A stretch of 64,000 bases of DNA from Octopus sinensis (GCF_006345805.1 NC_043011.1:19480464-19544463), one strand, 5' to 3'. Positions 15,084 to 26,639 are shown, counted from the stretch's first letter. Notes: generated by a model from the sequence alone, not told the origin. A program made the numbers and translations.

Positions 15084-15246
15084 CAACGAAAGAAACAAAT
15101 GGAAAGTAATACAAATAACATAATCAACGACCCATCATCAGTTGTCGGCTGCTTACCTGCGCCACATTTTGATCAAAACAGCCGACAACTAATGAAGGGT
15201 AGTTCATTATGTCACTTGTATTTCTTTCCATTTATTTCATTCGTTG
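15084..15246. repeat. 68-bp ungapped inverted repeat with 27-nt spacer (foldback/MITE-like)
   Basis: 15084-15151 versus the reverse complement of 15179-15246 matches at 59/68 positions with no indels (hand alignment). Confidence 0.9.
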
Positions 15247-15671
15247 ATCGCATACAAAACTTTGTCTTTGTATTTCGCATTTCCAAGTAAGTTTATATAT
15301 ATGTGCGTGTGTGCGTTTGTGTGTGTTTATGTATGTAAGTTATGCGCTTGTGTATGTCTTTACGTCTGTGATTATCCCACACCACCGATTCAAAACCAGT
15401 ATTGTTGTGTTCAAGTTCCTGTATCTAGTGATTAGTCCAGAGACTGCGACAGGATGAGAAAAAAGCTTTAAAGAATTATGTAATGGTAAGATTCGCTTGA
15501 CTATATTTGTTTAAGTCGGCGTCCCAGTAAAGCCGCTGTCTAATGAGGGAAACAAGAAAAAGTAATATAATTGAGAGCGACATAAACTTAGTACCTCAAG
15601 CAAATGTTTGTCACCTACTGAAAGTGGGTGTTGTGTTAGTAAACATAATTCTAAGTTATTTACGGAGAGAG

Positions 15672-16999
15672 AACCGCGCATATATGGTGATTCTTTATTA
15701 CGCACTAGGGGCGACACAGAGGGGGACACCAAGAGACATGGGGACATAGAACATTATATTTAAAATTTATGAAAATGAATTGTTAAACGAAAAAATGATA
15801 AAATGAAAGCGATACCAACGGCCCCGTCCGTCAGCATCACTTACCTGTCCTTTGTTTTTCATAGTCACTTGAATGTTCTTTGCCAATACGAATAAATTCC
15901 ATATCCTTCTTACTCCGAAATACTCATCCATATTTTCCACGAATTCATCGCTCATTCTTATATCTTTCACCTCCCAATTCTCCCTTTCACACCTCACCAT
16001 AAACTCATCAAAGTTCTTCTTTTCAATCACAGCATACCTAGTCTCACCAACTTCATACCATTTATACTCTTCCATTAGACTTTTAACTTCTTTCTGTTCA
16101 GTCATAGTACAAATGTACGGCCTGATATCGATTTCAATCTAACCGCGCATATATGGTGATTCTTTATTACCCACTAGGGGCGACACAGAGGGGGACACCA
16201 AGAGACATGGGGACATAGAACATTATAATTAAAATTTATGAAAATGAATTGTTAAACGAAAAAATGATAAAATGAAAGCGATACCAACGGCCCCGTCCGC
16301 CAGCATCACTTACCTGTCCTTTGTTTTTCATAGTCACTTGAATGTTCTTTGCCAATACGAATAAATTCCATATCCATTCTTACTCCGAAATACTCATCCA
16401 TATTTTCCACGAATTCATCGCTCATTCTTATATCTTTCACCTCCCAATTCTCCCTTTCACACCTCACCATAAACTCATCAAAGTTCTTCTTTTCATTCAC
16501 AGCATACCTAGTCTCACCAACTTCATACCATTTATACTCTTCATTAGACTTTTAACTTCTTTCTGTTCAGTCATAGTACAAATGTACGGCCTGATATCGA
16601 TTTCAATCTAACCGCGCATATATGGTGATTCTTTATTACCCACTAGGGGCGACAAGAGGGGGACACCAAGAGACATGGGGACATAGAACATTATAATTAA
16701 AATTTATGAAAATGAATTGTTAAACGAAAAATGATAAAATGAAAACGATACCAACGGCCCCGTCCGTCAGCATCACTTACCTGTCCTTTGTTTTTCATAG
16801 TCACTTGAATGTTCTTTGCCAATACGAATAAATTCCATATCCATTCTTACTCCGAAATACTCATCCATATTTTCCACGAATTCATCGCTCATTCTTATAT
16901 CTTTCACCTCCCAATTCTCCCTTTCACACCTCACCATAAACTCATCAAAGTTCTTCTTTTCAATCACAGCATACCTAGTCTCACCAACTTCATACCATT
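15672..16999 (-). repeat. Tandem array of a 469-bp unit, about 2.8 copies, each with a short ORF
   Basis: AACCGCGCATATATGG starts at 15672, 16141 and 16610 (period 469). Copies differ by only a few substitutions and 1-bp indels. The third copy ends at about 16999. Confidence 0.95.
16306..16574 (-). other. Consensus 89-aa ORF of the 469-bp unit (unknown protein); this copy has a 1-bp deletion near the start
   Basis: Consensus of the three copies: MTEQKEVKSLMEEYKWYEVGETRYAVIEKKNFDEFMVRCERENWEVKDIRMSDEFVENMDEYFGVRMDMEFIRIGKEHSSDYEKQRTGK*. Copy 15837-16105 lacks one base at GVRM; copy 16773-16999 is 5'-truncated. No single copy is intact and no homology is recognised. Confidence 0.4.
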
Positions 17000-19059
17000 C
17001 ATACCATACGGGGGGGGGTCCCCTTATGATATTTATGTGTGTGTGTGTGCGGGAGTGCATGTGTGTTTATGTGTGTGTTTGTGTATGTATATATATATAT
17101 ATAATCAAAATAATCACCCCATTTGATTTATTTGGATAATACCATCCCACATCTCGTGCCTTTAACTTAAGTACCATATTCATCTGAATCTAAATTTTGC
17201 TGAACTTATATATATATATATATATACACGTATGCTTCTGTATATGTATGAATGTATATGCATGTGAGAGTGTGTGTATGCATGCGTGTGCGGGTGTGAT
17301 GAATCTGTAAGATGTTACTCGGGCACTGATCTATGGGTCCCCCCGCATCTTATAGAGGCAACAGCTATAAGCTAAGGAAGTTCATATCTCAAGATAAATG
17401 TTTAATTACTCAGACGTCTTTTCCTATATATGTATATGTACATGTATATAATTATGAAGCTGGTAGAGATATACATCTTCAAAAGTTATTCAATAAAACA
17501 CATTTTTACATACAGGTGAGAGGAAACACCTCAAATAAAGATGCATAAGATCTCTAACCTTTGGATTAAACATGCTTTACAATACGAAACACTCAATAGA
17601 TCTACGCGTCGCAAAATAACATACAAATGTTTTGTTTATTATTAAATTTTAAAGATGCATAACACTCCATTATTCCTCATACGGTTTAGGTAATATACCC
17701 CGTATTTCACGTGAAATATATTGAAGTGAACTCAGGATTTATCACTCAAATGGTGAACAGCATGTTTGTTTATTCTAAACAATACTATGTTTTCTCTCAT
17801 TCGACGTGGTCAGCCGACTCGGGATTTTATGAGAGAAAACTATCTGCCTCATTCCGTTGCATTATGCTCACTTACACAAACACACACACACAAATATGCA
17901 TACATACACGCACACACATATATATATACGTATACATATATACATTTATTTTTCTATGTACGTACATATATACATATATTTGTCTACGTACTTACACACA
18001 TTTATATGTATGTATATGTGTACTATGTATGCATGTAGATTCACGCATCCACACACACACACACGCATTCACACATACACACGCATCCACACACACGCAT
18101 ATATGTGTGCGTATATATAGATACGTATGCAAGTACGTACACTCACGCATGCACATATCCACAGATATATATCATGGGATGTGCTTGTATTGTTTAGTAT
18201 GTCTGTCAAACGTGTGACAGGATTATAGTGATTACAAAAATTTATATTATGGAAATTTAGGACCTTCCTGTGCTGATGGAAACTTCTTTTATCATTATGA
18301 ATTTTTATTGTTATAGTAAAATGAATTTCCTTTTGTTCTACAATTCTTTTATAAATTCTTTTATAAATTACCTTCCAAGTAAATATATAGAAGCGTCATA
18401 TGAATTTTATTACACGCATCTTTGCTAAATAGAACTTTTCAGGATACTCGTAGGTCCAAATCTGTGCCTACAAGGTCTGTGTAACACAAGGAGTGAAAAA
18501 TGTTAAAGTTATTAATTCGAATTTATTAAATTTGGGGGAATTTTTAGATCCCTTGTGTGACTTTATTTTTACAAAGGTAACGTTGCATTTTGAAGAGGGG
18601 AGTGTTGTTTAAACATACCACACACGGTTTTATTTAATTTGAAAACTGTGGAGGAGAACCATGATTGTGCATGTGTATATAAGAAAAGCCATTTTACAAG
18701 TCAATCAGTATATGACTATCATTGAACTAAAGCCATATTCTCTATCTTAGAGTTATGCTCTCATTTTATGCCAAAAAACTAATAGGAAAAACATCAGTAA
18801 TTATAATACGAGAGGAAATACAACGTGTTCTTATAACATATTGCATAAATCTGCTACTTGAAATGATGGAATGCAATTATTTTTTGTTTTTTCATTTATA
18901 AAATCGTTGCAATATTTAAGTATGTTTAACATACATATAGTTGTAGTTGCGCGTATGTGTAAAGGCATAAAGGTCCTAATTTTATTACCAGATTGGAAAT
19001 ATGACCATACTTGAAACTCAATTTTAATATTCGTTTTTATCTAGACACAAGGATGGAAA

Positions 19060-19135
19060 TTTTAAAGGAAGGGGCCAGTCTATTAGATCGACCCCAGTCT
19101 ATTAGATCAACTGGTACTTAATTTATCGACCCCGA
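19060..19135 (-). mobile_element. Family-B SINE fragment
   Basis: GATCGACCCCAG...CTGGTACTTAATTTATCGACCCCGAA matches the central part of 5226-5455. Confidence 0.6.
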
Positions 19136-19861
19136 ATGAATTCAGTTTTAATATTGAAGGAGCTTGAAACGATGTCTTCAGAGCTGAATGGGAACATTGT
19201 TAGTTTTTGCTAATAGCCTGAATTCTATTAGAAAGAGAATGCGTTTTCAAGAGGTTTATACTGACTGAAAATTGAAATTTACCCGAGACTACTTAGTAAT
19301 CATATTCAATATTCACGTACAATATTTTGCTTGGTATAACTACATTCAGTTCCGAAATAATTTCATTAATTGAAAACAGAAATTTAAACAGTATCTACTA
19401 GAAATCCGATTGAGATCAATTAACAAAAAAGCCTACTTTGCAATGTGTTTGCATAAAACTACTATTGCATCATATTTTGTCATTTGAATGACAAAATTTA
19501 CTTTCTTTTGACTATCTTGATTTTTAATAGTCTTTTCATTCTGTTGTGAGAAATCTGAAAAACTTTCATTCCCAATGAAATATTTGGCACGTTCATTGAC
19601 AGCTATGTCCTCCTTTGTTTAAATATTTCATAGTCAATATTGACTGAATGCCAACGAGTTTCCTGTGTTTGGCAATTGTCGCAACGCTTGATGCCGTTAG
19701 AGGACAACTTTCAAATAAGACATTTGTTGTTATGTGGTTTGATTTAGGTTATATAAGCAGAATAGTATTTGGAATATCAATATATATTTTGATCACCTCA
19801 CACACACGTGCACTCACATATGCCTTCATGTATGCGTGTATGTATGTATTATGTATGTATA

Positions 19862-20960
19862 TACGAGAGGTTTTCATTAAAGATATCCTCTGACTCACTT
19901 CCCAACGATTGAGTCAAACGAAACTTGGCATAATTATTAGTTTTTCTCTACCTAGCTACCATCAATAGTGACACACTTCTACCATCGCTTTATGCAACTG
20001 TGGAAACCTCGTCTGCAAAAGTCGATAGGTTGTGTCTGGAACCATGACTTTACTTCGTAAATAAGTTCAACGTCGTCCGAAGTGCTTCCTCTTCAAAACG
20101 GATTTCCTGGTGGAAAAGAGGTGAAAGTCAGATGGTGTGAGATCTGGAGAGTAAGAGGGATGAGAAAGGATTTCATAGCCATTCGAGTGTGTTTCCTCTG
20201 GGCAACTTGCTTATTGTGAACTAGGGTGTTGTCTCAGATGAGGCATACTCCTTTGGCCAGCGAGCCACGCATGTCTGCTTTGATGGCGTCCCACAATTTC
20301 TGTTGCAGAGAAGCATAATAACTGTGGTGTTCTTTGCCAGAAAATTCATCATCCACGCTGGTCCTAAAAGACTGAGTATCAACTTGCCTGCTGAGGGTTG
20401 GACACAAGCATTCTTTTGAGGTGGTTAGTTATCATGCTTTCGTTGCTTCGATTGGACTTTAGTCTGAGGATCATAGTGTTGGATCCATGTTTCATCCTGT
20501 ATGATAAGTCTACTGAGAAATCCTTCATATTTCCTTGGCACATTGCCGAAAGAACCTGGGAGCAATTGATTCGTTCCTACTTGTGAAAAGATTTCAGCCT
20601 CCGGGGAATCCATCGTAGAGATATCTTCCGGATGTGCAAATAGTCGTGAATGTTTTTTTTTATCCACGGACCCGACACTTATCGTCACTTTTGGGGCTAG
20701 TTGTCGAATGCAGTGGTCATCCAAAATGACGGCTTCCATTTTATGGATAGCGTCATCATCAATGGCGAAATGTGGTCGTCTAGGAATAGGAGCAGTTACT
20801 ACCAATGTTCGACCATATTTTATCTGCCAATACCAGTGCTTACTACGTCGTATGGTACATCGTCATCATGAACTTCTTTCATTTCATCTAAAGTCTCTTT
20901 TGATGCATGACGTTTCAAGTATAAGAACCTGATCACTGAGCTGCAATCAACTACCTCCAT
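19862..20960 (-). mobile_element. Degenerate mariner transposon
   Basis: ORF 20425-20805 contains FLSRLIIQDETWIQHYDPQTK (first catalytic D region). Downstream on minus are SAGK and PHPSYSPDLTPSDFHLF. TIR-like TACGAGAGGTTTTCA at 19862. Confidence 0.9.
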
Positions 20961-21439
20961 TAAATACCTTGGTCCGGGTTTCTACAATAACCACAAGCTA
21001 ATGAATAGCCCTAATATGGTTAGTTATTGGTTATGATGTTGGTGTGCTAATTGAAAAAGAGATAACAACAAGTGAACCATGATCGTACAACTTTCGAATT
21101 CGTGGCATTTGCCCATTATACAGTAAATGCATGGAGCAGATGATACTATGCAGTGCAAAAGTAAGAACGAACAACATACACATATAAAAATATATATGAG
21201 GAAGAGTGAAAATCTGTTTTATGAAAAACCCATATCGCTTAGTCGGAAATCTTATGGTTGTCGGCAGTCTTATGGTTGTTAGTTGAAACAAGTCCTTACG
21301 TAATCGAAATTACCTGGTCGACTGTATTTAAGAGAAAAATAATCTAGAGTCAGAACATCAAATAAAACGTCTGGTATGACAACGGTTTGAACAAAAACAG
21401 ATATATTTTCAACACTCTTTTTGTCTGTCTGAGAGAGGA

Positions 21440-21472
<33 letters not shown>

Positions 21473-21934
21473 CAGAGAGAGGAGGTACCAGAAGGAAAGC
21501 TATGTCAGATGCCATTGATCAAAGAACTATGTTACAGCAAGTGGTAGTCAACTCATTGAATATAACAGCACTTCTAAACATGATAGTAGACGAACAGACG
21601 CTGGAGATGTTAATTAACGTCACATAGATTTTACCTCTGGGAAGACAACATCTATCCTGTTATTTTTCTAACATTTGGAAAGCATTTCCCCTGTTCATCA
21701 GAGCTCTAGTAGTATATTTGATGGAAGAAGAACTAAGGTCTCATATATTCAGCCACATCTAATGTCACCGCCGTTACGGCAGCTTCTATTAGGTCTTTGG
21801 TCAGAAGTTATTATAGAGGCTTACAGTAATTCAAGGAAGGGAATACTATGCATTCTCGTACTACACACGTCAAATCTGAATCACCGAGAACAAGAATTGC
21901 AATCAGTAAAAACAGGATTGTTAAACCTAAGGAA

Positions 21935-21976
21935 TGCTTCCATGGTGGAAAAATTGGACACATAAAAGCGCATTGT
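21935..21976 (+). mobile_element. Decayed CCHC zinc knuckle, probable gag of the Gypsy relic
   Basis: TGC TTC CAT GGT GGA AAA ATT GGA CAC ATA AAA GCG CAT TGT = CFHGGKIGHIKAHC, i.e. CX2CX4HX4C with the second Cys replaced by Gly (TGT>GGT would be one base change). Same strand as, and upstream of, the Gypsy pol fragment. Confidence 0.6.
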
Positions 21977-22171
21977 AAAACAAAGATGATAGAATGTTAA
22001 AACAAAGAGAAAAGAATAAACGAGACATCGTCGAAAGGCATTGGTAATGTGACAAAGAAGAAATGTGTACAGTTCTATATTTAAGAGATGAGGAACCATG
22101 CACATTATTTACATTCGACGGATATTTGTCCTCATCATGTTTGTTGTTAACCACTACGCCATATACCCGTT

Positions 22172-22241
22172 GGCATACAGCGTAGTGGTTAAGAGCGCGG
22201 GCTACTAACCCCAAGATTCCGAGTTCGATTCCAAGCAGTGA

Positions 22242-22245
<4 letters not shown>
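22172..22245 (+). mobile_element. Short tRNA-derived SINE head followed by (AAT)n
   Basis: A-box-like TAGTGGTTAAG, an anticodon-like stem-loop and B box GAGTTCGATTCC. No acceptor-stem pairing. Runs directly into (AAT)n. Confidence 0.75.
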
Positions 22246-22275
<30 letters not shown>

Positions 22276-22326
22276 CATAATAATAATAATAATAATATAA
22301 TAATAATAATAATAATAGTAATAGTA
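22246..22326 (+). repeat. (AAT)n microsatellite 5' of the LINE
   Basis: Directly visible. Confidence 0.95.
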
Positions 22327-22328
22327 AT

Positions 22329-23412
22329 TATCTACTTCAGAAGGAAGGAAAACTGATCCAGATAGCGGCAAAACACAAGCAAAACAAAAAATTGTTCTCA
22401 GTATTTAAGGAAGCTGACAAATACAAACAAGAAATCATACCACCTAATAAACATGAAGAAGAAGAAGAAGATGAAGAAACAACAAAAGCTATAAAACAAA
22501 TGAAATCCAAACTAAAAATAGAACAGCAACGAACCATGATAAAACGATGGCAAGAAAAGCCCCTTCATGGTAAATACTGGACTAAATTAAACGCAAAAGA
22601 AATAGACAAAGAAAAATCCCAGCAATGGTTGAGAAGCTCAGGACTCAAAGCAGAGACAGAGGGATTTTTAATTGCAGCACAAGACCAAAGCCTCCCCACC
22701 AGAAATTACCAAAAACATGTAATGAAAAGAAATATTACAAGTAACTGCAGAATATGTGGAGATGGACAAGAAACAATAAATCATATTATCTCTAGCTGCC
22801 CAGTCTTGGCTAAGAAGGAATATATTCACAGACATGACAGAGTTGGAACCTACATACATTGGAAGCTATGCCAACATTATGGAATAACAACAGAAAAAAG
22901 ATGGTATAGGCACACACCAGAAAAGGTCACAGAAAACGAGAAAGCAACCATACTCTGGGATATGCCGATACACACAGATAGAGAAATTAAGGCCAACAGA
23001 CCAGATATAGTTGTCAGAGATCATGAAGAAAAAAAATGCTTTCTAATTGATGTATCAATACCGGCTGATGACAACATGTCTCTAAAAGAAATGGAGAAAC
23101 TCTCAAAATACAAAGACCTGGAAATAGAGGTAACTAGAATGTGGAATCTGAAAACAGAAACAATTCCTATCATAGTAGGTGCATTAGGCATGATAAAAAA
23201 ATATTCAGACAAATACATAACAAAAACACCAGGACTTACAAACACATATAACATACAGAAAATTGCACTACTAGGCACTGCACACATCCTACGCAGAACA
23301 CTTTCCATACAATAACCATCAGAGCATCACAACAAATCACAGCACATACCCAAGGCACACAGAGCTGTGCTCGGTAGTGAAGTGAAAGCACGCTACAAAA
23401 ATAAAACTACTG
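22329..23412 (+). mobile_element. 5'-truncated R4/Dong-clade non-LTR retrotransposon (C-terminal zinc finger plus restriction-like endonuclease)
   Basis: Uninterrupted ORF (track 22392-23315, open back to about 22329) with CRICG...ETINHIISSC, YIHRHD, RPDIVV...LIDVSIP and KYKDL motifs of RLE-type LINEs. About 100-bp 3' UTR, flanked by (AAT)n on both sides. Confidence 0.9.
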
Positions 23413-23442
23413 AATAATAATAATAATAATATAATAATAATA

Positions 23443-23476
<34 letters not shown>

Positions 23477-23518
23477 CATAATAATAATAATAATAATAAT
23501 AACAACAACAACAACATC
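23413..23518 (+). repeat. (AAT)n/(AAC)n microsatellite 3' of the LINE
   Basis: Directly visible. Confidence 0.95.
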
Positions 23519-23529
23519 GAAAATACATT

Positions 23530-24410
23530 TGGAATGAGAAATGAAAAAGACAAAAGTATATATGTGTTAAAAAATTAATTTGTTCTATCCGGCACAACGT
23601 GGATGGAACTGTTCAAAGTGTGGGATACGCCCATAAGTGTTTGTGAAAGGAAAAATAAAACATTTATTTCCAGATGTTTTCTTGGATAAGCTAGGTTGCT
23701 GCACGAAAACGTAACCAAAAATTTTAGTAAAACGAAGTGCAACACCTGTATAAAAGCCAAAGCATAATGTACCATTCGCAGCATTAAAGCAGGTAAATAA
23801 GGAACTTGAAAGGCTTGAACCTCTATGAATAAACAAGAAGACGAACCACTCAGATTTGGCAGCACCTACTGTCAACGTAAACAATTTAAAAATTAGAAGT
23901 TAAGTGTGTATACGGACTCTTCAATGGGTTAAGCAATTGCTAATTCTCACATTAATACGCATTGCCGAGTCTTGAAGTATTCGAAAAATTCAATGGAGGG
24001 AAATTCTTGTCAATATCGGACCTCTCAGAGGCATATTTACAAATCCAAGTAGAAGAAGAATGCTCACACTTATTAGCCATTAATGCATACCGTAGATTAT
24101 TTACATTTAAGTGGCTTCAATTCGGTGTAAAAGTGGTTCCATCCATATTTTAGAAAGTAATGGATAAAGTGCTGGATGACTGTGATTTTGCCATCGCCTA
24201 TTTAGATGGAATCACACTAACATGTAGAACACGTTAAGAGGATACTTGAGAAGATAAGAGAATATGGTTTGAAGATAAGTGAAGGAAGATGCGTGTTCTT
24301 TCTATAAAAAAATTAAATACATGGGCTAGATAATGCATAAAACGGACGGAAACCGGATCCAGCTACGGCAACAGCGAATATACCCACACCGAATAATGTC
24401 TGGGAGACTA
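23530..24410 (+). mobile_element. Degenerate Ty3/Gypsy pol fragment (protease end plus reverse transcriptase)
   Basis: TTWMELFKVWDTP, VPFAALKQVNKELERLE, AAPTV, FEKFNGGKFLSISDLSEAYLQI...LQFGVKVVPSIF and FAIAYLDG, with stops and frameshifts. Confidence 0.9.
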
Positions 24411-25367
24411 TCTGGCATTAATTGAGTTATCACCATCAACTAGAATACGGTTGATAACTCGCAATAGCTTTAATTCTAAATGATGTAAGACTAAATGCTT
24501 CCTAAAACAAATCTTCTAAATATAAGTAACAACGTCAGCACTCCTATATCATGACCACCACTATTTTTTGTCTCCTACTCTCTAAACTATAGTAGGCTTA
24601 ATAAAATATACATTGTTTTCTAAACTCATTCTGCCATAGATATAACATAGGGAAACGATGTATTTATTTTGTTTTCTAGTATTCATGTAAATTTGTTAAG
24701 AATGGTTTGCCATTTATGCTGGAAGTCTCTATGCTCATCTGCATTTGAGGGGAGCGGATTCTTTCTAATTGATGTCATGTTTTATTGGTCGATAAAATGG
24801 AGGAGCTTGAAACGGCCGTAATGTATTGATAGCTATACATCATATTTAATTATTTACATTCTGTTCACTTAAAATTGAGTTGATCGGATTGTGCTGAACC
24901 GGCAAGGTGCTTCAATTTTAGCAATTAATTCCACTTAATTTTAATTATGTACATATATATATATAGTGAGAGAGAGGGGGGAAGAGAGAGAGAATGTGTG
25001 TGTGTGTATGTATGTGTGTGTCTGTGTGTGTATGTTTTGCAGTTCGCTTGAAACATTGCAATATCGAAGAAGGTAAAATGGAGAGGAAATAGAATGCTTT
25101 TGGCAACGCGGCAAGTTTTATAAAACCTTTATATTTCAGGCAAAAGGCCCATACTCATAAATAAAACAGTCTGGGAAATATCCAGCTATGCAGGTTCCGT
25201 TAACCCATTCAAAATCTCCCCGCGTTATATAGCTACATCATTCACTCTCCGAATGTAGGTTTTTTTTTTTTGTCTGAAGCTGAGCCTTTGCGCCTGAAAT
25301 ATTAAGTTTCATAAACCTTTCCTCATTGTCAGAATATTTCTATCTTATCCCTTTATTACCATTTTAT

Positions 25368-25369
25368 TC

Positions 25370-25446
<77 letters not shown>

Positions 25447-25531
25447 TATTATTATTGTTGTTGTTGTTGCTGTTGCTGTTGTTCTGCTGCTTTTATTTTT
25501 GTTGCAGTTGTTGGCCTTTCTGGTCATGGTG

Positions 25532-25564
<33 letters not shown>

Positions 25565-25565
25565 A

Positions 25566-25596
<31 letters not shown>

Positions 25597-25597
25597 T
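25368..25597. repeat. Compound microsatellite (CT)n(TA)n(TTA/TTG/TGC/TGG)n(TAG)n
   Basis: Directly visible. Confidence 0.95.
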
Positions 25598-26502
25598 GAA
25601 GTAGTAGGAACGGTAGTTGTTGTATCAGTCGTCGTATGGTTTAACCCGTAATAACCTAATTATATTCTATAAATAATCTATAGTTATCGTATCAGACGAA
25701 GGGGCATTAGAGTTTATTTGACGAACGTATTCAGAAAGAAACATATAGAAAGAATGCATTGTCTCTAATCAGTAAATCTTCATTCTATTAGACAAACACG
25801 AAAATAAGTTGAAAACATATGTTAAAGATTATATAGAGCAGAACAATAAGAAATTTAATTGATTTATTCATGTTTTAGAAATATTTAAAGTAAACATACG
25901 CAGGAAGCACACAAACGTTATTTGTCTTACAGAAAATATGACATAGCGCTTAATACTTGAGCGATTTATATTTCTTATCGTTGTATGTTTTGATGTATTA
26001 TGTCATTTGTTTAATTAAATTCATAAATGGATTATATATATATATATATTTACGAATTGAGTTGCATTGTTATATGTGTATCTTCCTATGTTTTTCACTA
26101 TATTTTCGTCCTCCTATATATTTGCCTATGCAAATCACAACACGAAATGAGTGCATAGACAAATACAAACCCACTCTTAAGTGATTATATGAAAATATAT
26201 TTAATTATCGATCTACTTGTTAGTTCATTGCCTTGTTTTCTTTGTGTGACCCGTGTCTCTTTCTGTTTGTCTGTCTCTATCTCTCTCTTTCTCTTTCTCT
26301 CTCCAGACTTAAAATACTTGTTGTGTCTTGATTTTGATTTTTCCTCTAATATAAAAAAATAGATGCTATAACGGAACTCTAACACGGATCCCCAGATTCA
26401 GCCCTAGCTGTGGTCTTGGAACCTAGTGGTCGAAGAACTATAGCCCTAATCTAGCATAGCTATACGTTTAGATCACAAGTTAACTAAACTCCTCATATTC
26501 CT

Positions 26503-26565
26503 ATATATATATATATATATATATATATAGATATAGATAGATAGATAGATAGATATAGATAGATG

Positions 26566-26639
<74 letters not shown>

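Noticed and set aside
15686-15706. CRESS-virus nonanucleotide origin in the 469-bp unit (CTTTATTAC)
   Set aside because: It does not fit NANTATTAC, at most a 3-bp stem flanks it, and it is better explained as the reverse of the SINE-like AATAAAG tail.
15980-16020. Hammerhead ribozyme (retrozyme) in the 469-bp unit (TTGATGAG...GAAA on minus)
   Set aside because: The core C is missing and there is no G-C closed stem II or supporting stems.
22172-22245. Functional tRNA gene
   Set aside because: A/B boxes and an anticodon-like arm are present, but the ends do not form an acceptor stem and it runs into (AAT)n; treated as a SINE head.
25122-25175. 54-nt exon candidate GKRPILINKTVWEISSYA
   Set aside because: The donor (CAG|GTTCCG) is poor and no homology is recognised.
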